A DNA stretch of 64,000 nt from Minisyncoccia bacterium (lineage in GTDB: Bacteria > Patescibacteriota > Minisyncoccia > UBA6257 > 2-01-FULL-56-20): assembly GCA_050015515.1 (NCBI GenBank), contig JBEKBG010000002.1, forward strand, positions 18,777 through 82,776. Direction: 5' to 3'. Below, in pieces: positions 58,672 to 64,000 of the stretch. Each line of letters starts with the position of its first letter. The stretch's first letter is position 1. The position numbers and the translations under genes were made by a program. The notes beneath the pieces are model-generated. The model searched no databases, was not told where the DNA came from, and saw only the letters and a program-made list of their open reading frames with translations.

Positions 58672-58974
58672 ATGATCAGCGAAGAAATCCTCAAAAAAAT
58701 AAAGCCGGGCGCGAAGGTCAAGGTGTACGAGGGCAAGACCCCGTTCGCCGGTTTAGTGATCGCACGCAAACACGGCTCCGAGCCGGGTGCGACGTTCACC
58801 GTCCGTACCACCCTTGCCGGCGTCGGCGTGGAGAAGGTGTTTCCGATCCACTCGCCATCCATCGTCAAGATCGATGTCGTTTCTTCGCCGAAGAAAGTGC
58901 ATCGTTCCAAGCTGTATTTCGTTCGGAATATCTCCGCGGCGAAGATCCGGCAGAAGTTAGACGTTTCGATGTAA
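58672..58974 (+). CDS. rplS: 50S ribosomal protein L19
   Basis: TFTVR...GVGVEKVFPIHSP, RSKLYFVR. Confidence 0.95.
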   Translation: MISEEILKKIKPGAKVKVYEGKTPFAGLVIARKHGSEPGATFTVRTTLAGVGVEKVFPIHSPSIVKIDVVSSPKKVHRSKLYFVRNISAAKIRQKLDVSM

Positions 58975-59061
58975 AGCAAAAATAAAAAGTATAGCCCTCT
59001 CGCTCCAACGTAGGAACGTCCACTCGCTTGAGGGCTATACTTTTTATTTTTTTCCTTTACA
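58970..59061. repeat. Mirror-arm hairpin element, core family B'
   Basis: About 30-bp arms that include the rplS stop; core TCGCTCCAACGTAGGAACGTCCACTCGCTT. Confidence 0.88.
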
Positions 59062-59079
59062 ATAGGAGAAGAAAAGAAT

Positions 59080-59160
59080 GCGCGGGTGGCGAAATGGCAG
59101 ACGCACTACCTTGAGGTGGTAGCGCCGAAAGGCGTGGAGGTTCGACTCCTCTCCCGCGCA
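59080..59160 (+). tRNA. tRNA-Leu(GAG)
   Basis: GCGCGGG/CCCGCGC acceptor stem; CTACC-TTGAGGT-GGTAG; long variable arm; GGTTCGACTCC. Confidence 0.95.
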
Positions 59161-59212
59161 CAAAAATAAAACAGGTCGGAATCATTGATCCCGACCCGGA
59201 GCCGTCATGCGG

Positions 59213-59443
59213 CTATTTGCCGTACTCTGAATTTTGCAGAGCCCTCAGATATCCCACCACCACGTTGCCATAGATGAATTTACCATCTTTCTCAACTAGC
59301 GGATGCGGAAGCCCAAGGTTGATCAGCTCAAGATCTTCATTCACGTGAGCATCCCTGAAACCTCTTTTTGCGAGCGCTTTCACGACAGGCATTATTTTCG
59401 CGGGAATCGCTTTGCGATTTTCCACGGGTTCAAAGAAGAGCAT
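59213..59443 (-). CDS. Hypothetical protein
   Basis: 76-aa ORF with SD AAGGAG. Confidence 0.5.
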   Translation of the reverse strand: MLFFEPVENRKAIPAKIMPVVKALAKRGFRDAHVNEDLELINLGLPHPLVEKDGKFIYGNVVVGYLRALQNSEYGK

Positions 59444-59578
59444 GGGAAGCTCCTTTCGTCCTCATTTCATTAAAGCCCATTGTGCCGTAAATATCAATTC
59501 GTAATCGGCTAACATCGTATATCAATAAATGCGGTATACTATAAGAACAAAAAATATTCGTGATTATCTTGCATAACG

Positions 59579-60160
59579 ATGGAAACCGAGATCGAAGCAA
59601 AATTTTTGGACATCGATCCTATCGCAGTGCGCGCGAAGTTAAAAGCGCTTGGCGCGGCGCTCATCTATCCCGAAGTGTTGATGAAACGAAAAGTGTTCGA
59701 TCATCCGACGAACAAGCAAAGCGATTGGCTCCGAGTGCGCGATGAAGGGGATAAGATCACGATGAGCTATAAGAAGGTCATCGATCGGACGGTGCATGGC
59801 ACCAAAGAGATAACCATAAAAGTTTCCAATTTTGATGATGCGTGCGCGATCCTCTTGGCGGCACAGCTTCGGCAGGCGGCGTATCAAGAAACGCGTCGGG
59901 AAACATGGCGGTTGGATGAAACGGAGATCATGATAGACACGTGGCCGTGGATACCGACCTTTGTAGAGATCGAAGCGCCTTCCGAAGAAAAGTTAAAAGC
60001 TGCGGCAAGAAAATTGGGATTGCAATGGGGTGATGCGCTCTATGGCAGTGTGGAACCGGCATACCAAAAATATTACGACGTGACCGAAAAAGAAATCGAT
60101 AGCTGGCCGGAGATAGTTTTTGGCCCCGTTCCCGACTGGCTCCTCCGGCGGAAAAAATGA
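59579..60160 (+). CDS. CYTH domain protein
   Basis: EIEAKF (ExExK), LRVR, FVEIE. Confidence 0.88.
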   Translation: METEIEAKFLDIDPIAVRAKLKALGAALIYPEVLMKRKVFDHPTNKQSDWLRVRDEGDKITMSYKKVIDRTVHGTKEITIKVSNFDDACAILLAAQLRQAAYQETRRETWRLDETEIMIDTWPWIPTFVEIEAPSEEKLKAAARKLGLQWGDALYGSVEPAYQKYYDVTEKEIDSWPEIVFGPVPDWLLRRKK

Positions 60161-60174
60161 TTTGATGCGATCTC

Positions 60175-60302
60175 CAGAAAAGGACAAGCCCAGTACATTC
60201 TTTTGAGGGTATGCCGGAGCCGCGAAGGCGGCGAGGCGTAGCGATTTTTCAGTAGAAAAATACGCGACCCTCAAAAGAATGTACTGGGCTTGTCCTTTTC
60301 TG
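60175..60302. repeat. Mirror-arm hairpin element, core family A (reverse orientation)
   Basis: Perfect 36-bp arms; core reverse complement contains ATTTTTC-TACT-GAAAAAT and CTCGCCGCCTTCGCGGCTCC. Confidence 0.9.
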
Positions 60303-60325
60303 ATGGTCTGTTATAATCATTTCCA

Positions 60326-61609
60326 ATGAGGCGCCATCCAGGCCTATTTTTATCCTTTATCGTCATCCTCGCTATTATCGCGGGGGTTTTCGTGTATCCG
60401 AAAGGCGTGGGCGAAAAAGCGGAGCCGTGGAAGCTCGGGCTTGATCTTGTGGGCGGCAGCCATTTAGTCTATCAGATCGACCTTTCAAACGTCTCGTCGA
60501 CCGACCAGGCTTCGGTGGTTTCCGGTCTGCGTGACGTGATCGAGAAGCGCGTCAACCTGTTCGGCGTCAGCGAGCCGGATATTTATACCTCACAAAGCGG
60601 CAATCAAGCCCAGCTTTTTGTGGATCTCGCCGGCATCAGCAATGTGAGCGACGCGATCAATGAGATCGGGCAGACGCCGCTCTTGCAATTTGAAACGGTG
60701 GTCCAACCTATCGGATCGACCGGATCGAGCACGCTGTTGGATACGCAATCATCCAGCACGCAATATATTCCGACAAACCTGACCGGGCAGTATGTTACCG
60801 GCGCGCAGCTGACGTTTGATTCAACGACGAACGCGCCGCAGGTTTCGATCTCTTTCAATAGCCAGGGTGCTACGCTTTTCCAGCAGATCACGGCGGCGAA
60901 CGTCGGCAAGCCGCTGGCGATATTCCTTGATGGACAGCTTATTGAGGCGCCGACGGTGGAGCAGGCGATCTCCGGCGGACAAGCGGTCATCAGTGGGGGA
61001 TTCACGGTCGCGACCGCACAGCAACTGGTGGAACGGTTCAACGCCGGCGCGCTTCCTGCGCCGATCACGCTCGTCAGCCAGCAAACGATCAGCCCCACAC
61101 TCGGGAGCAATTCATTGAAGCAATTGATCATTGCCGGCATCATCGGCACCTTGCTTGTGATGCTCTTTATGATCTTCTATTACCGCCTGCTCGGTATCTT
61201 TGCCGCGCTTGCACTCATAATCTACATTGCGCTCACCCTCGGCGTCTTCAAGCTGATCTCTGTCACCCTGAGCCTCGCCGGCCTTGCGGGCTTCATTCTC
61301 ACCATTGGCATGGCGGTGGACGCGAACGTGCTTATTTTTGAACGCGTCAGAGAAGAGCTCAAACGGGGATTGCCAAAGTCTTCCGCCATCGAGGAAGGGT
61401 TCCGGCGTGCATGGCCTTCCATCCGCGACTCGAACAGCTCCACCATCATCACCGCGATCATCCTTTACTTCTTTACCTCCAGCTTTGTGCAGGGTTTCGC
61501 GCTCACGCTCGGCATTGGAACGATCGTCAGCCTCTTCAGCGCAATCACCACCACACGCCTCTTCCTGCGTTTCTTCTTGAAAGACGATAAAGTACCCGCC
61601 AAAGTATAA
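60326..61609 (+). CDS. secD: Protein translocase subunit SecD
   Basis: LGLDLVGG, GVSEP, AGALPAP, GMAVDANVLIFER. Confidence 0.96.
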   Translation: MRRHPGLFLSFIVILAIIAGVFVYPKGVGEKAEPWKLGLDLVGGSHLVYQIDLSNVSSTDQASVVSGLRDVIEKRVNLFGVSEPDIYTSQSGNQAQLFVDLAGISNVSDAINEIGQTPLLQFETVVQPIGSTGSSTLLDTQSSSTQYIPTNLTGQYVTGAQLTFDSTTNAPQVSISFNSQGATLFQQITAANVGKPLAIFLDGQLIEAPTVEQAISGGQAVISGGFTVATAQQLVERFNAGALPAPITLVSQQTISPTLGSNSLKQLIIAGIIGTLLVMLFMIFYYRLLGIFAALALIIYIALTLGVFKLISVTLSLAGLAGFILTIGMAVDANVLIFERVREELKRGLPKSSAIEEGFRRAWPSIRDSNSSTIITAIILYFFTSSFVQGFALTLGIGTIVSLFSAITTTRLFLRFFLKDDKVPAKV

Positions 61610-61622
61610 ATCATTTACCACC

Positions 61623-62522
61623 ATGCTTAACATTGTAGGACACAAAAAAATCTGGTTCACGATATCCATCCTCCTGGTGGGCATTGCCGTCGTTGCCATT
61701 GCGGCGTTCGGTTTCCAGGAAAGCGCGGAGTTGAAAGGGGGAACGTTATGGGAGCTTAAGGTCCCCGGGCAAAACCTTTCCGCTGCCGCCGTGCAAACTT
61801 TTTTCCAGAATAGCCTCCACGTGCCCGATGCACAAGTGACGGTGGATAATGGCAACCAGTCGTTCTTGGTGGTCTTTGGATCGGTCAGCGAAACGGTCCA
61901 TCAGCAATATATAAGTGAGCTCACTGCCCAGTGGCCATCATTTCAAGAACTGAGCTTCCAATCCATCAGTTCTTCGGTGGGGGCGAATCTTCGCAATGCG
62001 TCCATCATCGGGATCCTTCTTGTGTTGATTGGCATCTCGCTCTATATCGCGTTCGCGTTCCGAAAAGCGTCGCGGCCGATCAGCTCGTGGAAGTACGGGT
62101 GGATCACGCTGATGACATTGTTCCACGACGTGGCCATCCCGGCCGGCATGCTTGCCATCCTTGGCCATTATATGAATGTGCAGCTCAATTCGGACATCAT
62201 CGTGGCCTTGCTCGTCGTCATGGGATTTTCCGTGCATGATACGATCGTGGTCTTTGATCGCATCCGCGAAAATCTTCTGAATCACCGCGGCAAGATGCCG
62301 TTCGCTACGATCGTAAACGACAGTGTAAACCAGACGCTTGCGCGTTCCATCAACACTTCGCTCACGCTCATTCTCGTGCTGCTTTCGCTCTATTTCGTCG
62401 GCCCGGCGGACCTTAAATATTTTGTGCTGACGCTGCTCGTGGGAGTGACGACGGGTATCTACTCGTCGATCTTCATCGCGAGCCCGGCGCTCGTGGCGAC
62501 GAGCAGAAATGAAAGCGTCTAG
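61623..62522 (+). CDS. secF: Protein translocase subunit SecF
   Basis: FHDV, GFSVHDTIVVFDRIRE, QTLARSINTS. Confidence 0.96.
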   Translation: MLNIVGHKKIWFTISILLVGIAVVAIAAFGFQESAELKGGTLWELKVPGQNLSAAAVQTFFQNSLHVPDAQVTVDNGNQSFLVVFGSVSETVHQQYISELTAQWPSFQELSFQSISSSVGANLRNASIIGILLVLIGISLYIAFAFRKASRPISSWKYGWITLMTLFHDVAIPAGMLAILGHYMNVQLNSDIIVALLVVMGFSVHDTIVVFDRIRENLLNHRGKMPFATIVNDSVNQTLARSINTSLTLILVLLSLYFVGPADLKYFVLTLLVGVTTGIYSSIFIASPALVATSRNESV

Positions 62523-62683
62523 TGGCGAGAGAGCAAAGTTATCCCCAGTTTCTTGACGGCGTTTGCAATTTAGTTTAGTATGAGTTACAATAGAACAGGA
62601 TAAATAAGGTGGGAAGTCCAGTGAGGGATTGAGCACTTGACATTTATCTTAATATAATATAAAATATCCTTGATGTAAAAAAT

Positions 62684-63715
62684 ATGGCATCTATCACTAA
62701 AATCATCACTAATTCGCTGAATGGCCTTAACCCCCGTCAAAAGGAGGTTATCACGGCTCGTTTTGGGTTGGACGGCAAGACGGACGGGGAGACGCTCGCC
62801 GCGATCGGCGACCGAATGGACGTCACCCGTGAGCGTGTTCGCCAGATCGAGAATGGCGCAATCACGCTCGTAAAGGCGAATATCGCAAAGAATCCGGAAG
62901 CCGGCGCAGCGTTGGAGAAGGTCAAGAAGTTCATTGCCGCGCGCGGTGGGGTATCGGGCAAGCCCGATGTCGTCCGGTATGCGGCGACGCTTGCAAGCGG
63001 CGTACAGGAGAACCACCTCGATTTTCTGGCGGAAGCCTCCGGCGTTTTTAATCTTCACCGCGAGGATGATGCGTTTGAGCCTTTTTATTATGTGACCGAC
63101 AAAGATCAGAGGACTGCAAGCGCGTTCGTGAATGGCTGGGTCGGGTTTTTGAAATCCCACAAGGAGAAGGTCTTTGCAGATTCATACCAGGTTCAACTCG
63201 CAAGCTTTTTGAAGACGAAGTCGGTCGCGCAGGAGATCGCCGAAAATTATTTGAGTATCGCGAAGCAAATCGATAAGAATCCGTATGGCGACATGGGTTT
63301 GAGCGAGTGGCCGGAGATCAACCCGGCGACGGTACGGGATAAGATCTATCTTGTGCTCAAAAAGAAAGCCGAGCCATTGCACTTTGAGGACATCGCTACG
63401 CATATCAACAAAGTTGGCTTTGACGATCAGAAGGCGCTTGCGCCCACTGTGCATAACGAGCTCATCAAAGACAGCCGTTTCGTACTCGTCGGCCGTGGCA
63501 TGTACGGTCTGAAAGAGCACGGCTATGAGCCGGGAACCGCGCGCGAGGTCATCGCCAAGGTCCTGAAGACCAAGGGTCCGCTCAAAGCGAATGACGTTGT
63601 GACGCACGTGAACCAGCAGCGTTTCTTCAAGCAGAATACCATCCTCATTAACCTCCAGAACCGGAACTTTTTTGAACGTATGAACGACGGTCGCTATCGC
63701 GTCCGGGAATCCTAG
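62684..63715 (+). CDS. Sigma70 region-4 HTH plus HARE-HTH-like DNA-binding protein
   Basis: RFGL...TLAAIG...VTRERVRQIE; PTVHNELIKDSRFVLVGRGMYGL. Confidence 0.8.
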   Translation: MASITKIITNSLNGLNPRQKEVITARFGLDGKTDGETLAAIGDRMDVTRERVRQIENGAITLVKANIAKNPEAGAALEKVKKFIAARGGVSGKPDVVRYAATLASGVQENHLDFLAEASGVFNLHREDDAFEPFYYVTDKDQRTASAFVNGWVGFLKSHKEKVFADSYQVQLASFLKTKSVAQEIAENYLSIAKQIDKNPYGDMGLSEWPEINPATVRDKIYLVLKKKAEPLHFEDIATHINKVGFDDQKALAPTVHNELIKDSRFVLVGRGMYGLKEHGYEPGTAREVIAKVLKTKGPLKANDVVTHVNQQRFFKQNTILINLQNRNFFERMNDGRYRVRES

Positions 63716-63774
63716 GCCGGTTTTTACGGCCAGCGTTTTGCACTTTGTCGTTTCACGGTTGATAATAAGCATAT

Positions 63775-64000
63775 ATGGCTCATATCGTATCAGGCATTTT
63801 GGGAAGCATCCTCGTGGTGTGGGGAGTGGTATGGTGGTTTGTTCTGCCCCTCATCGCTATCCTGATTTTTTGGGAAGTGTGGCGTTTTCGTTTGCATTAC
63901 CAGTTTATCACCGACATCAAATGGAAGCTGTTGGAGATCAAGGTGCCGAAGACCATCCTCAAAACACCGAAGGCGATGGAACAGATCTTTGCCGCCGCCC
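63775..64000 (+). CDS. Membrane protein, partial (runs off the window)
   Basis: MAHIVSG...LLEIKVPK...TPKAMEQIF; open to the end of the window. Confidence 0.65.
   Translation, partial: MAHIVSGILGSILVVWGVVWWFVLPLIAILIFWEVWRFRLHYQFITDIKWKLLEIKVPKTILKTPKAMEQIFAAA

Overview
A 64-kb chromosomal segment from a Patescibacteria/CPR bacterium, most likely Parcubacteria-like. Hallmarks: no rpmD (L30), a stand-alone divergent 16S rRNA lacking the anti-Shine-Dalgarno, shortened housekeeping proteins and orphan receiver-only regulators. It holds the str/S10/spc cluster, split by accessory insertions at every junction from rpsG to rplC. It also carries secY, adk-like genes, map, greA, lysS, dnaE, pgk, aspS, prfA, secDF, three tRNAs, RNase P RNA and a SAM riboswitch. 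The strongest unexplained signals are non-coding. (1) Twelve elements in which a conserved structured core (3-4 families, with covariation) is wrapped in 25-36-bp inverted arms that differ at every locus and often mirror the end of the adjacent gene. (2) An orphan, promoter-driven, highly structured ~500-620-nt RNA upstream of tuf. (3) Two paralogous basic, putative nuclease-fold genes, each facing a small structured RNA. (4) A pair of mutually complementary small RNAs, one tRNA-like. (5) An 11-bp-periodic ATTAAAA box at a fixed distance from accessory promoters. All calls were made by eye; no database searches or folding programs were run.
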